From the NCBI RefSeq assembly GCF_006345805.1, contig NC_043000.1, forward strand, positions 129,766,001 to 129,830,000: DNA of 64,000 nt. The letters run 5' to 3'. The notes under the pieces were generated by a model that saw only the letters and a program-made list of their open reading frames with translations, made no database searches and was not told the DNA's origin. Below are positions 12,909 to 26,408 of the stretch, piece by piece; the first letter of the stretch is position 1; each line of letters begins with the position of its first letter. Position numbers and translations under genes: made by a program. This DNA is from Octopus sinensis (lineage: Eukaryota).

Positions 12909-13463
12909 CTGGGTGGCCTAAAAGTAGGTATACAGTTATTCAACTGTTTCTTTCTCATTCATATATTAACGGTTTAGATCTTAAATATATAAAAAAAATA
13001 TGAAACCATTATTCTATGCTAATTTAGTTAATTTTGTCAACCGCTCTTTTCAGTTTGTAAGAAAGAAATTTAAATGTAATAAAATGTTTTAAAAGAAATT
13101 TAAAGTGCCTACGTGATAACTACATGGAGACATATGGCCTAGTTGTAAGAGCAGCGGACTCGCGGTCGTGGGATCGCCGGTTCGAATCTCAGACAGGGCG
13201 ATGTGTGTGTTTATGAGCGAAACACCTAAGCTCCACGCGGCTCCGCAAGAAGGTAATGGCGAACTTCTGCTGACTCTTTCGCCACAACTTTCTCTCACTC
13301 TTTCCTCCTGTATCTTGCAGCTCACCTGCGACGGACGGGCGTCCCGTTTCAGGTGGGGAACCTATACGCCAAGGAAACCGGGAAAACGGCCCTTATGAAC
13401 CAAGCGTGGCTCGAAGAGGAACAAACAACGGGATAACTGTAAACCTACTTTTGGGCCACTCTG
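12909..13463. mobile_element. Tc1/mariner-type MITE interrupted by a SINE
   Basis: TIRs CTGGGTGGCCTAAAAGTAGGTATACAGTTAT / ATAACTGTAAACCTACTTTTGGGCCACTCTG with TA flanks. Confidence 0.8.
13126..13429 (+). mobile_element. tRNA-derived SINE family C (V-domain-like CCTGCGACGGAC.GGCGTCCCG), (CAA)n tail
   Basis: A box TGGCCTAGTTG, B box GGTTCGAATCT; closely similar copies at 16336-16642 and 39935-40240. Confidence 0.9.
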
Positions 13464-14237
13464 TATATAACGACAGTTGAGCCTTAATTGAAGGTAACTC
13501 TTAATAATACATGTAGAAAAAAAAAAATTTACAAATGAGATGTCGTCAATAACTTCAAATGTCTTTTTACGACGTAAGGCTTCGTCAGACTGTAGCTATT
13601 ATAGTTGTTGATGATACGAGTTTTATGTGTAGTTTTGCCGTCCGAAATGGGGTTCTATGAATTACTTCTAGGTAGGTAAATGAAACCGAATTCTTGTAGA
13701 CTTTGCAGTAGAATAAAAACGAATTAGAAAATGTCGGAGTTGGACGCTTTGTGTGATTGTAGAGAGAATTATGGTATTTGTGTGTGAATTGAATATATCT
13801 CCGTTTACCTTCCAAGAAGAACATATTTAGTATTCATACATTCATAGACACATAAAAACATACATTTGCAATAGCAAATAAATACGATTCACAAACGCAC
13901 AAATGCAGTTACATACATGAAGACACAGATGCATACAATCACTCGCTCACTCACTCCCTCACTCACATACACCCAAACACACACATAATATGCATATATA
14001 AATGTGTATATATCAGCATCAGTCTTCAGTCTAGCTGCATATGTGTTATATATATTGTATGTATTATGACAATTGTATTATTTAGCAATATTTAAAGTTT
14101 CCTAATTTCCTATGCCGATGGGAGAGAAATTTCCAATATTTTGCACAAAGTCCTTCTCTGTGGAAAGGTCTATTTTTTTTTATCGTTAGGCACAAAATGG
14201 AAACTCACATTAGGCCTTAAATAAGAATTTCGCTTTA

Positions 14238-14616
14238 GGCGGCGAGCTGGCAGAAATGCTTAGCGGAATTTCGTCTGCCGTTACGTTCTGAGTTCAAATT
14301 CCGCCGAGGTCGACTTTGCCTTTCATCCTTTCGGGGTCGATTAAATAAGTACTAGTTACGCATTGGGTTCGATATAATCGACTTAATCCGTTTGTCTGTC
14401 CTTGTTTGTCCTCTCTGTGTTTAGCCCCTTGTGGGTAGTAAAGAAATAAGCATTTCGTCTCTCTTTACGTTCGGAGTTCAAATTCCGCCGACGTCAACTT
14501 TGCCTTTCATCCTTTCGGGGTCGATACATTAAGCACCAGTTGTGTACTGGGGTCGATTTAATCGACTGGCCCCCTTCCCCAAAATTTCAGGCCTTGTGCC
14601 TAGAGTAGAAAAGAAT
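14238..14616 (+). mobile_element. SINE family A, dimeric (Meta/MESC-like core GCCTTTCATCCTTTCGGGGTCGATAAA)
   Basis: Head GGCGGCGAGCTGGCAGAA; B box GAGTTCAAATTCC twice; imperfect TSD AATAAG(A/C)ATTTC(G/T)CT. Confidence 0.9.
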
Positions 14617-16335
14617 AAGCATTTCTCTATTCTTCTCTTTCAAATTTCACCTCATTTGTTTTCTATGGATATGCACTACGCTGAAAGCTTTCAGTAGTAT
14701 TTTTTTGATTTTTACGTGCAGGTGTATGTGTGGGCAAATGAGAACATGTAAGATGTAAGTACATCTTTCTATGTCCTTGTGTATCTTCTATAATATACAT
14801 AGGTGTGTCTATGCTACTGCTATACATGTGAGCATTTCTCTCAGTATATTTCACTCCCCCTCTCCCTCTCTCCCTCCCCTTTCGCGTGTGATGCTCGACA
14901 AGCATCGTGTTGGGATCAATCTCTTGACCTATTAAACTTCTCATAACTTTCGTTCTCTCTCCGCTTTATCATCTAATATTTTCCTATCTCTTTTCTATCG
15001 CTGTTATCTTCCTTATTATTTCTAATCTGCACAAGCGCAACTACTAATTTTAGGTCATTTCCCCTTGCTTCTCTCTCACTCTTTTTCTCTCTGTCCGAAG
15101 CAGGACATTCTTCCAAACTACAAAATTAAGCTTCGAACAGCATTACCATATTGGCCAGATTCTGAGATATGCAAATAGAAATGATTGACCAGAGTGTGCT
15201 TAGTCATTAAGTAACCAAATATAAATAAAAGTACAAGAGTTACTGGAACATGTTATCATAAGAAATATTATCGTAATGATATTTTGAGTAAGATAATAAG
15301 GTACCCACACATATAAGTCTAGCGTGTCAGTTTCGTCACCAGCATTGCTGTTAGAATACAAAGTGCCAAAACGGATAACGAAACGCATCTTGCCTGACCT
15401 TGAAACTCTTCTGCCAATCCTCTGCCCTACATAGGTACACAGATTAGAAATATCTAATTATAAGAAATAGAGCTACATAGATAAGAACTAGTTGCAAATC
15501 AGTTACTTATGTAACAAAATATTTGAATAGACGAAAGATATTGCCAACTCAAATTCTTCAAATTCACGTTATATGTGGCGAGTTTGATAAATGCAAGATT
15601 TTCAGAATGGATAACTGTTTTTATATTAACAAGAGAATACTGTTTGTTATTCAGTGACCGTTAATGTACTACATCAATATCCAGGATTAATATGTATATA
15701 TATATGCACTAACTTACATATCACTCTCTCACACACATACAAACATCTGCTCACACAGATATACGCACACACAAACATGTGCGTACATATGGTCTCCCTC
15801 CTCACTCTCTCTCTGTTGTCTGCTTATATATATATATATATATATAATGTAAATACATAGATACACATATGAATATGAAACTAGACACATACATGTGATA
15901 TACATTTCTTCAAATTGATATAATGATATGCACAAATATTTGCAGTGCCACTTACACGTAAATATAGCATAAGAGCACAGACTCACACATATTACCTACC
16001 TACCTACCTACATTCACACATACATACATACACGCGTGCATGCATACATTTATAATTCAGAAAATTGCTCAAAATGTTATCTTAATATACTTTACGGAAA
16101 CATATTTGTAACAGAATAATAAATACATAGATTGAAATTCACATGGAACCATCAATCTTTGACAGGTAAGCGTAAAGCAGTATAAGCACATGGCTTAATG
16201 GTTACGGTATTTGTCTTAAGATTATAAGGTTATAAGGTCGGTGGTTAAATTCCTGAATCAGATGGCACGTCTTCTCTTTGAGAACGTTAGTTTAATGAGG
16301 TAGTGCAAAGGAACATTTCACGTTAGTCTAATGAG

Positions 16336-16642
16336 GTTGTTGTTTGTTCCTTCTCGAGCCACGCCTGGCTCATAGGGCCGGTTTCCCGGTTTCCTTGGTG
16401 TATAGGTTCCCCACCTGGACATGATGCCGGTCCTTGGCAGGTTGTCTGCAAGATGCAGGAGGAAAGAGTGAGAGAAAGTTGTTGTGAAAGAGTCAGCAGA
16501 ATTTCGCCATTACCGTCTGCCGGAACCGCGTGGAGCTTAGGTGTTTCGCTCATAAACACACACATTGTCCGATCTGAGATTCAAACCGGCGATCCCTGGA
16601 CCGTGAGTCCGCTGCTCTAACCACTAGGCCATGTGCCTCCAC
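16336..16642 (-). mobile_element. SINE family C
   Basis: Reverse complement of 13126-13429; TSD AGT(C/T)TAATGAGG. Confidence 0.9.
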
Positions 16643-17204
16643 AGTTTAATGAGGTAGAGCTAAGGAAAACATCATACTAATTCAATTAGTATCATTGTTT
16701 TGTTCAGCAAGTGACATCTGCTTTAATTGGTTACATTTAATGTCTAAGATTATTAATTGGCTTGGGATCGCTTAGTCCCGTATCAAAACATAGATGTCAG
16801 CCTTGTATGCTAGTATAGGCCAAAAACTATAAAAGTACATTATCAAACCACACCTATTCAACAACGCGTAAGCCCCACCCACGAAGTAAGCCCAAACATA
16901 CATAAATGGTCTCGAAAATCAAATAAATATATTAAATATAATAAATACAAAATTTAAGAGTCTGACGATTGAACCTGGACTGAGACTTCAAAATCAATGT
17001 TTGACTTGTAAAGTATGGTGTGATTTTCTTCATAAATACGTTGGTTAATCCTTCAAAAAATGTTTGCATACTTTTATAAATAACTGTACATAAAATATGA
17101 AGGTATCTATCTATCTATCTGTCTGTCTGTCTATAATATATATGGTCACCCCACAGTGTAAAATTAACAGCTATGGTCACCCCACGGTGTAAAATTAAAA
17201 TCGG

Positions 17205-17362
17205 ACCTTGCAGCAGTCTCATTTTGCCAGCTGATTGGACTGGAGCAACGTGAAATGAAGTATTTTGCTCAAGAACACAACGCGTCGCTCGGTCCAGGAA
17301 TCGAAACTACAATCTTACGATCATGATACTGACACCCTAACCACTAAGCCACCCGCCTCCAC
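17205..17362 (-). mobile_element. SINE family D 5' fragment
   Basis: tRNA head plus TTGTGTTCTTGAGCAA...TTTCACGTTGCTCCAGT, shared with 50019-50369. Confidence 0.75.
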
Positions 17363-17368
17363 AAACGA

Positions 17369-17405
<37 letters not shown>

Positions 17406-17870
17406 CACATATATATATATAGTAATATTTCACCTAGATATTGCGATTGTCATACAAATAACCTGATGTGGAACTCAATGCACACACACACACACACATC
17501 ATATACATAAAAAGATTTTGCTGCTAGTTCTGGTTTGGATAAGACATATTTCGTTCAGGAAACAAATACTTGATATTAATATAGCAGAAGGGAAAAAAAT
17601 TTGATCCGAAACAAAACCCAAGCAAAACAAATGAAGAATAATATAATATCTGTGGATCTTAGATAAGGAGCTTGTAACTGCAATATCCAAAATGCATATT
17701 ACGCTATATTCTACTTATTATCGGCACGGAACGATACAGAGTAAACATAATAATACGTAGAGCTTATAATGGATTTAGAATGGAGAGAAACCGTTTTGTA
17801 ATCCGTAATAGCAGGAGGGATGGAAGAAGAAAGTAATTGAAGATAGTGATGGTAATAATAAAGATTATTA

Positions 17871-17928
<58 letters not shown>

Positions 17929-18450
17929 GTCCACGTTGAAGGAATTAGGTGAAGGACATCAGTGATAACAAAAGTGATGATAATAGTAATATTGAATCTG
18001 TTGTTAAGAAGGATGTTGATGGCCGTGTTGAAGTTGTTGATGCTGCTGCTATGATTATTAGCTGTGATGGAAATTAGATTGACGATGAAGGATAATGCTG
18101 AAGTTTATATAAATTCAAATAGAATAATTTATGAGAAAAGATAGAAAAGCAAAACAGCAAAAAAAAAAAAAAAAATGGAGTCAGTTTTATAACTAAAATA
18201 TTTTAGAGAAATGATAAGGAATTACAGAGCCAATATGATAAAACAATAAGAAACGCAGTCCTGAGAGAAATCCGCAACTCAAGTTTTAATTCCCATTAGA
18301 GGCAAACATATTTTCAGTAATGCCGCTAATGTCCTTGAGAAATGTACGAAAGTCACACAACTTCATGTACCGCTTCTGTATATTTGATGCCTTAATCTGA
18401 TTCATAACTGAATTGCTGAATTTTCTCTTAGTTCCTGCCTGCGTGCCCAC

Positions 18451-18522
<72 letters not shown>

Positions 18523-19695
18523 TTCCCATTATATTAAAAATATATTAGCTTGTTTTATATCAAGTTATGCAAAACCAGTTTAGATTAAACAGAATTATTC
18601 AATACTTTTTAGGAGAGTATATATTTACTAAACTGTTTGGAAGGAAATGGATGCTAGCCTTCGTAAGGCAGCCTGACGAAGGCAGGCAAGCCAATGTGTG
18701 TATGCATATGTGCGAGTACATGTATTTATACTTGTGTACCGTATTTACTCGAGTATGAGTTCTAACTTTACTTTCATCCATTTGGGGTCAATAAAATTTA
18801 ATATAAGATATAATAGAATGACCAGCCTCGCCCAAATTTGTTAAGCATTTGCCTGAAAATTGAGACGATAATTATCATCATATAAGGAAACGTATTATGA
18901 TTAACTTTAGAAAATTGTAAGCACATGTCCACTTTGCTGAGTGGACAGTGAGCCAGTTTGCCCAATAATTACTTTTGGAAATCGAATGTTTGCTTGTACA
19001 ATAACCATTACCTCACGCTACATCAAGAGTGGAATAGTTCTATATTTGAACCCTCTTTCTGTGAAAACAATTCTTCTACGATATTTTTGTTGTCAGTGTT
19101 CTTTAGGTCCAAAATCGTCTCTCACCAAATAAATATAAGATTAAAGGTATTAATGCGATTACTAACCCATAATTATATAATTAATACCATTCCTGGTATA
19201 TATTACTAGTTATGTTGTATTTTGAAAATGTTAAAGTAAAATTTAGGACTGATTTAGCTGCTTTTTCGAGCAAGTAGAGGGTTTACAAAGGCGCCCCACG
19301 TGATTAAAACCTTTACAGGCAATGTTAAATTGGAGAAATAAATTCTTAAGGACAAGTTTAAAGTAAAAACATTATTTGATGTTCTTCCCTGTAACCTCCG
19401 TTCTAATAATACAAGGAAAAAGGCTTTGGTGGTATCAGTAGAACCTATCGATGTATGGTCTCATAAAAGCTTTCTTCTATTTGTTTAAATATTACTTTTT
19501 TTTACTGCTTGTTATTACAGTAGCTTTCCCTGTAATTTAGTTCATACTTAGTAGCTGAAATATCAAATAACATTTCGTTTATTCTTTTACCAGTATGGTT
19601 TTAGTTAGCTCTTACACTATAATAATATGTCTTTGCAGTTATTTACGCACTACAATCAGATGACCATTTACAGACACCCACTCATATACCCTATA

Positions 19696-19781
<86 letters not shown>

Positions 19782-20037
19782 ATATATGTATATATATATT
19801 TATGTATGTATATATATATGTATATATATATGTATGTATGTATGTATATATATGTATATATATATGCATGTGTATATGTATATATATATGTATGTATGGG
19901 TGTGTGTGTGTGTGTTTATGTATGGTGATGCAAACAGGAAAATAGAACTCAGAATATGAGTATAAGTATATTTTTATTGATAATTAGCAGCAGCAACAGA
20001 GTGACTAAAAGGCCGTGAGTTTCGTGTGCTGGTACTT

Positions 20038-20087
<50 letters not shown>

Positions 20088-20103
20088 CACATACATACAT
20101 ATT

Positions 20104-21247
20104 CAGGCTGTGTAAGATATTCGAGGGGAGATTTATGTTTATAAAAAACAGATATATAATAACAGATAACTTTATCAAAAAAAAGCTAAGACGATAAAAA
20201 TAAACCTTCTGTCTATAATGTTATTCAATAAAGTCCCCTTCAGCTTCAACACCTACTTCTATATGCGACCTAAATCATCTACTTGCTCGAATCAAGTGGT
20301 CCTGGTTCATTTTGGACATTACTCTGACTATGGCAGCTTTGAAAGAATCTTAGGTAATGAGGTGCGTGTTCTTTGATTTCTCTCGACAACGCTTCACGTG
20401 TAATAGTCCAAGGATTGAAATCTGTGGAATTAGGAGACCAACATTTAGGGGTCATGTGATCATAAAAATTTTTAGCCACTGTGTGACAGTTCAGAGTCTT
20501 ACTGAAACACATGCCTTTCCAATGCATACAATATCTATCCAGGGCCTAACAATTATTTCCAGGACCTCAATGTAGGTGGCATAGTTAACTCTAAGGCCTT
20601 GTGTGAAGAGGTAAGGAGACATTACACGTCCTTCATTGCTGACAACCCCTAATACCATGACAGTTGCAGGAAACATTGTATGTATAACATTTGGAACTTT
20701 AGAAGGGTCTGCACATAACCATCTGTCATATCTTCTGTTTACTTTTTGATCTCGGTCGGAGTTTTTCTTGTTTGAGAAAAACCAAATCAAATTTTCTGCT
20801 GGATTTTTCAATTTGTTTAAGAGCATTTTAGATCAGATGTAGTGATTTTCTTTTGCTTTTTCTGATAAATTGACCATTCCTCATCATATAAGATTTATAT
20901 CTGATGTCTTCGTGGACAACATTTCTGACTGTTTCTTTTGACACATTGAGATCTTTTGCAATTGACCTCAAGGGCCCTCTTGAATTGTAATCAATGGTCT
21001 GTTGAACTTTCTGGATAAATTCAGGTATTCTGATGATTTTAGAGCGTTTAGAATGCTTTTAAAAATCGAGATATTTCTAAATTGCTATGCTCAGCCTTTA
21101 TAACCACAATAACAGCATGCCTCTTCATTTCTTGAGTAAGCTGAGGGTTTGTCATTATTATTTTCTGAAACAAAGATTATACAGAGTTAGCAAAAAATGC
21201 AGCAATGACCCAAAAGCGGTATGTCCTCAAATACCTTACGCACCCTG
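20104..21247 (-). mobile_element. Decayed Tc1/mariner-superfamily transposon (maT/DD37D-like transposase pseudogene) with both TIRs
   Basis: IWFFS(D>N)KK, DRWLCADP, FPATVMVLGVVSNEG, YIEVLEIIVRPW, FQ*DS, WSPNSTDFNP. TIRs CAGGCTGTGTAAGATATTCGAGG and rc CAGGGTGCGTAAGGTATTTGAGG. D-D spacing cannot be counted because of a deletion. Confidence 0.85.
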
Positions 21248-21366
21248 TATGTATATTGATAAGTGCATTGGCCATTGAGTCTGACGAGCCGTCTATAAGG
21301 CCTAGCACTTTATGAATGCAAAACCATTGGTCAATCTATGACCGACATATATCTAACTGCTTGGAA

Positions 21367-21400
<34 letters not shown>

Positions 21401-21684
21401 TATATATATATTATATATATATGTAGTGAACCATAGGTTTCGTCTTCCGGTGGTCAGTAAAAGAAAGATCGATTCGACTTGCGTCTAGTTTTATTAAACA
21501 GTCGTCAGAAAAAAAAATAAAATCCATCTCCTCTTTACGGAGAAATTTGTTAATTATAATTATTTATACTTATATAAATGATACAACTTAGATCATAGCT
21601 AAACTGTTCGGTCTAATTTGTATAATAGTGCATGAGCTGACAAGGTAGATTTATTCATTCACTAATCCACGGTGCATTACGCAG

Positions 21685-21705
21685 AGTTTTGAATAATTTG
21701 GAAAG
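21685..21705 (+). CDS. Candidate 21-nt micro-exon (xVLNNLEx)
   Basis: Branch-like CACTAAT, then TGC and CAG acceptor, 21 nt, AAG|GTAAGA donor. One open frame; non-repetitive context; weak pyrimidine tract. Confidence 0.3.
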
Positions 21706-22608
21706 GTAAGACTTCTTTTAACGCAAAAAAAAAACATACAAATCCTTACGCCGCAAATTTTGTCACTTCGTTGATAGAGAAAAGAATCATATCAATCAGA
21801 ACAATAACTGGTATTTCCTGAAGCTAAATTCACTGTATTTTCTGTTATTTCAAATTGTTTTCTTCATTTTTTTCTCTTGCTTCAAACTTTATTCTACGGA
21901 TTATAAACAGCTTGAAAACACGATGTTTATTATAACCGCCACACTGCTTGACCTTACAAAATATTAAAATCTCCAGAAAACCCCAATTATGTCAACATTT
22001 CTCAGCATAAAAATGCCTTAAAATTCATCACCTCTGGGACCTATATGCGACGTTGGACCTATATTACATGGTTTTATGCCTTCTTGAACATGCAGTGTTG
22101 TAATTAAGGTACGACTAATATACCAGTGCGTCTTTTATGCCAATATATATATACAATTATTTTCAGTATATATTTTGATAATAACCGTATTTAATCACGT
22201 AGTTTTCTAACGGTTTTTAAAAGCAAAACTTTAAAATAATCAAACTCTCATGTTTTATTACATGAATATACAACCAGAGTCCCTTTCAAGATCTCTATTC
22301 ATCATACTTAGTAATCAATATTCCTGTCCCTTTGTTTTTCATCATTCTCCTGACGATGAACAGAATATACATTAGGAGTAGAGGCCTTTCACCTATTGCT
22401 AATGGCTAGTAATACATGTTTTATATTTTAGCATTTCAACTGTCAATGTACAGCATTCTGTATTTGACTGATATTCATTTCTCTCGATATCACGTGTATA
22501 TTTTTTGTTCCTTCGGAAATAAAAAAAAAAGCAAAAATGGACAGAAGTAACTAAGAGATGGCATATATAAAAATATACTTACATTATACAAGTATGTATG
22601 TGTGTATG

Positions 22609-22651
<43 letters not shown>

Positions 22652-24285
22652 TGTGTATATATATATAAGTATATATATATGTGTATATATATGTGTGTGT
22701 ATATATATATATGTGTATATATATGTGTGTGTGTGTATATATATGTGTGATATGTGTATATATATATATGTGTGTATGTGTATATATATATATATATATA
22801 TATACTCATATATATATCAAGAGTGTAAGAGAGAAAGAAAATGAAAGAGAGGGAGAGAAAGAAAGAGATATGGATATAGATATGTACATATGTACATATA
22901 CATATATATTTTTACATATGTGTGTTTGCGTGCATGTCGGTTCGTATATATACATGTACACATTCATACACTTTACTCGTGAAAAGCACACCGTATTTTT
23001 AGACATTGTGCAATACCGAGAGAAATAGAAACTGACATTGTGTATTTATGGCTATGGAGCAATATCTATTTATGGTATAGACTGTGTTATATAAAGGTAA
23101 GATTATCTGGCCCCCACCCTATGGCTCCCCCATGGTTCAGTAAGTTTCACACACTATTGTGGCAATATGTGAAGTGATATCTCAAATCTGATATATACGT
23201 CTGGAAATCGATATCCCAATATTACCAAGGAACAAAGTGGTATGTTTACGTTAGTGGAAGTCCTGCTGAGTGCTTGTTATGTTACGTAACTGATGAAGGA
23301 TATATTTATACTCTGAGTAATAGTAAAATGAATGGCTTTTCGTTAATGATCGTGTGGAGTTCGATACCTAATAGGTGGGTATCCTGGAATGCTGCTGTAA
23401 GTAAATTGTTACGTAGAATTCTTCTTACAAATGAGATGTGAGGTCGATTTCAGCAAAATTCCTTTTCTAAATTTTTCTTTGTCATTCTGTGAAAGAGATT
23501 CGGCGAACATAGTATAATGATGTGGTGGAGATGACGACGACAATGACGATGTTGAGGGCGATGATGATGACGAAGACAACGATGATGATGATGACGATGA
23601 TATTGATGATAATAATGATAAGAATCAGTACTATTTAAACCTCGTACGATCTCAAAGAACATGCCTGCCAAATATATGCGGAGTATTCTGTTACATATCA
23701 AGATAAAACAAGTCATGTTTTCTTTATCAATTAGTACCATTTTAGATCTTTCACACTCTTGTTTTCTTCTTCACGCTTGATCCAACTCGCACCTCTCCTC
23801 ACTTGTGCTGTCTGTTGATGCTGCTGCTGCGAATGATGTTGTTGTTGTTCTTTTTCTTCTTCTTCCTTTTTTCCTCCCCCTCCTTCACCTACATACTACG
23901 TTCGCTGTATTTCTCTTTATTTTGCACCATTTTCTATTATAGTATATGATCCGATAAACATCTTACAGCAATACACACACACAACACACACACACACACA
24001 CACACACACACTCGCACACATACTTGCACACACACAGAGAGACATGTACATAAACTACAACATGACAGAAAACAGCGAAAACTATTTATGAGTCAGCAGT
24101 AAGTTCATGGTGAGCTCAATTTAGGATTCGGTTTTGATTCCAGTATGAAAACGTTTCACTTCACTTGCGACGTCACTAATGTTTCTTCAGGACATCTTAA
24201 GCATCAGTAATCTCATTTCCTCTCAACTTAATCATTAAGGTGCCATTCATGCATAACGGCAGAATGAAATGTGAAACCGCCTGTT

Positions 24286-24332
<47 letters not shown>

Positions 24333-24426
24333 TATATATATGTATATGTACATACATATGTACATACACAAATATATATAGTTATGTACATATTTATATG
24401 TAACCGAATATATATAAGTAAGTATA

Positions 24427-24465
<39 letters not shown>

Positions 24466-24766
24466 TAAATATATATAATATATATATATATATATATAAG
24501 TATAAATGAGTGTGCGTGTATGATCATAATATATATGCGAGTGTGTGTGTGAGTGTAGATACATACACATACACACAAACTTTACAAATATGAAAGTGTC
24601 CTCAATTTTGACATCTTAATCAATAATTGTCCTCAATCTTAACCATATTCCACGAAAGAAAGAATAAATATTAAAAACCTCATCATAACATTCAATGATC
24701 TACGGTACTTATGGTCATACAAGATAATCGTTGGAACGTCGAGAATACACACACACACACACACAC

Positions 24767-24805
<39 letters not shown>

Positions 24806-24807
24806 GT

Positions 24808-24844
<37 letters not shown>

Positions 24845-25321
24845 AGAGTTCCAGGTACATACACACATACAGACACTCGAGTATGTGTTTGTGTGTTGTT
24901 ATCAGACAACCGATTAGGAGAGTCGTTTTAGGCGTCGAATAGACTGCAGTATGTTAATTGTTCCGGCTGAGTTAAATTCTTCAGTAAATGTTTTCTTATT
25001 TCATCGTCTGTGGGAACAGAACGATAAATGAAGTACCAATTCTATATTGCTGCTGTAGTTCCTATTTTTTCTTTGCCCATTTTCTCACTTATTCTATCTG
25101 CCTGTCTGACTGACTCTCTCTCATCTGGAAGAAAGCGGTCGCAGTCAGATCTGGAGAAGGTTGGGTTAAAGCGTCTCTTTTGATGTCTTCTATCACTATG
25201 TCAGCCCTAAAAATCCATTCAGCTATAAGCTGTGAAACTTCAACCAGGTAAAGCTAAATATATATTCTTGTGTATATACACACACACATATACAAATATA
25301 TTTATATATGTGTGTATGTTT

Positions 25322-25689
25322 GGAGGCGCAATGGTTAGGGCAGCGGACTCGCGGTCGTAGGAACGCAGTTTCGATTCCTAGTCCGGGCGTTGTGAGTGTT
25401 TATGGAGCGAAAACACCTAAAACTCCGTGCGGCCCCGGCAGGGGGTGGTGACGAACCTTGCTGTAATTTTTCATAACAACTTTCTCTCTTTCTTCCTGTT
25501 TCTGTTGTACCTGTATTTCAAAGAGCCAGCCTTGTCACACATTGTGTCGCACTGAATCTGCCCGGGAAATACGTTAAGGGTACTCGAGTCTGTGGAGTGC
25601 TCAACCACTTGCACGTTAATTTCACGAGGAGGCTGTTCTGTTGATCGGATCAACTGGAACACTCGTCGTCGTAATCGACGGAGTGCCAA
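25322..25689 (+). mobile_element. SINE with a family C head and a different 3' half
   Basis: Head GGAGGCGCAATGGTTAGGGCAGCGGACTCGCGGTCG...GAGCGAAAACACCTAA matches family C; the sequence diverges after ~25495. Confidence 0.8.
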
Positions 25690-25692
25690 GTT

Positions 25693-25729
<37 letters not shown>

Positions 25730-25730
<1 letters not shown>

Positions 25731-25834
25731 GAGGGGTGTATGAAAAGTTTTGCTCCTCAAAAAAACAAAACATGGTACAAGACTTCTGATGAAGGTACAA
25801 GACTTGAAGGCTCAAAACTTTTGGTACACCCCTC

Positions 25835-25835
<1 letters not shown>
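25730..25835. mobile_element. 106-bp mariner-type MITE in (TA)n
   Basis: TIRs CGAGGGGTGTATGAAAAGTTTTG / CAAAACTTTTGGTACACCCCTCG with TA flanks. Confidence 0.88.
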
Positions 25836-25867
<32 letters not shown>

Positions 25868-26343
25868 AGCACACACACGCACATCGACACAGGCATATGT
25901 ATAAACACACTCACAGACAGACAGACACACAAATACATACACACACATACAGACACGTATATACAACGCGCAAAGAAAGAAAATAATATAGCCTCACTCA
26001 CAATAATATACTTCAAAGAGGACATTCAACTACAAATATATATATTGATTTCTCGTATTGGCGCAAAATGTGTAAGCGTGCGCAATGTGTGTGTATGTGT
26101 GTGTGTGTATTTGTGTGCATGCAGTGTGTGTGTGTGCTTTCGTTTCTGAGTGTGTATAGGTGTTAACTATGAAGACTCACTTATATATAACATTCTATAA
26201 ATTATACTAGAGACGTATATTTTGTCTAGCCTGTCACAATTCCTCTCACAAGCTATTGGTCAATTTGAAGACGCCTATACAATACAGCAGATTAAAACCA
26301 AAACTTCTAAATTCTTAATCACAGACATACTTATCACAAAGTG

Positions 26344-26408
<65 letters not shown>

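Noticed and set aside
13126-13200. tRNA genes at SINE heads (also 39935 and 50019)
   Set aside because: They have A/B boxes but no complete cloverleaf and continue into SINE bodies.
16131-16171. Possible small exon ending CAG|GTAAGC
   Set aside because: Good donor but no pyrimidine-rich acceptor; not supportable.
17141-17198. 31-bp tandem duplication TATGGTCACCCCAC.GTGTAAAATTAA
   Set aside because: Ordinary two-copy slippage with no further structure.
21278-21306. CTGACGA-GCC...GGC motif (similar weak hits at ~8709 and ~13565-13590)
   Set aside because: The GAAA core and closing stems are missing; cannot be distinguished from chance.
25774-25815. CTGATGA...GAAG hammerhead-like motif inside a MITE
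   Set aside because: GAAG instead of GAAA and no stem I or III; explained by a GGTACAAGACTT direct duplication.
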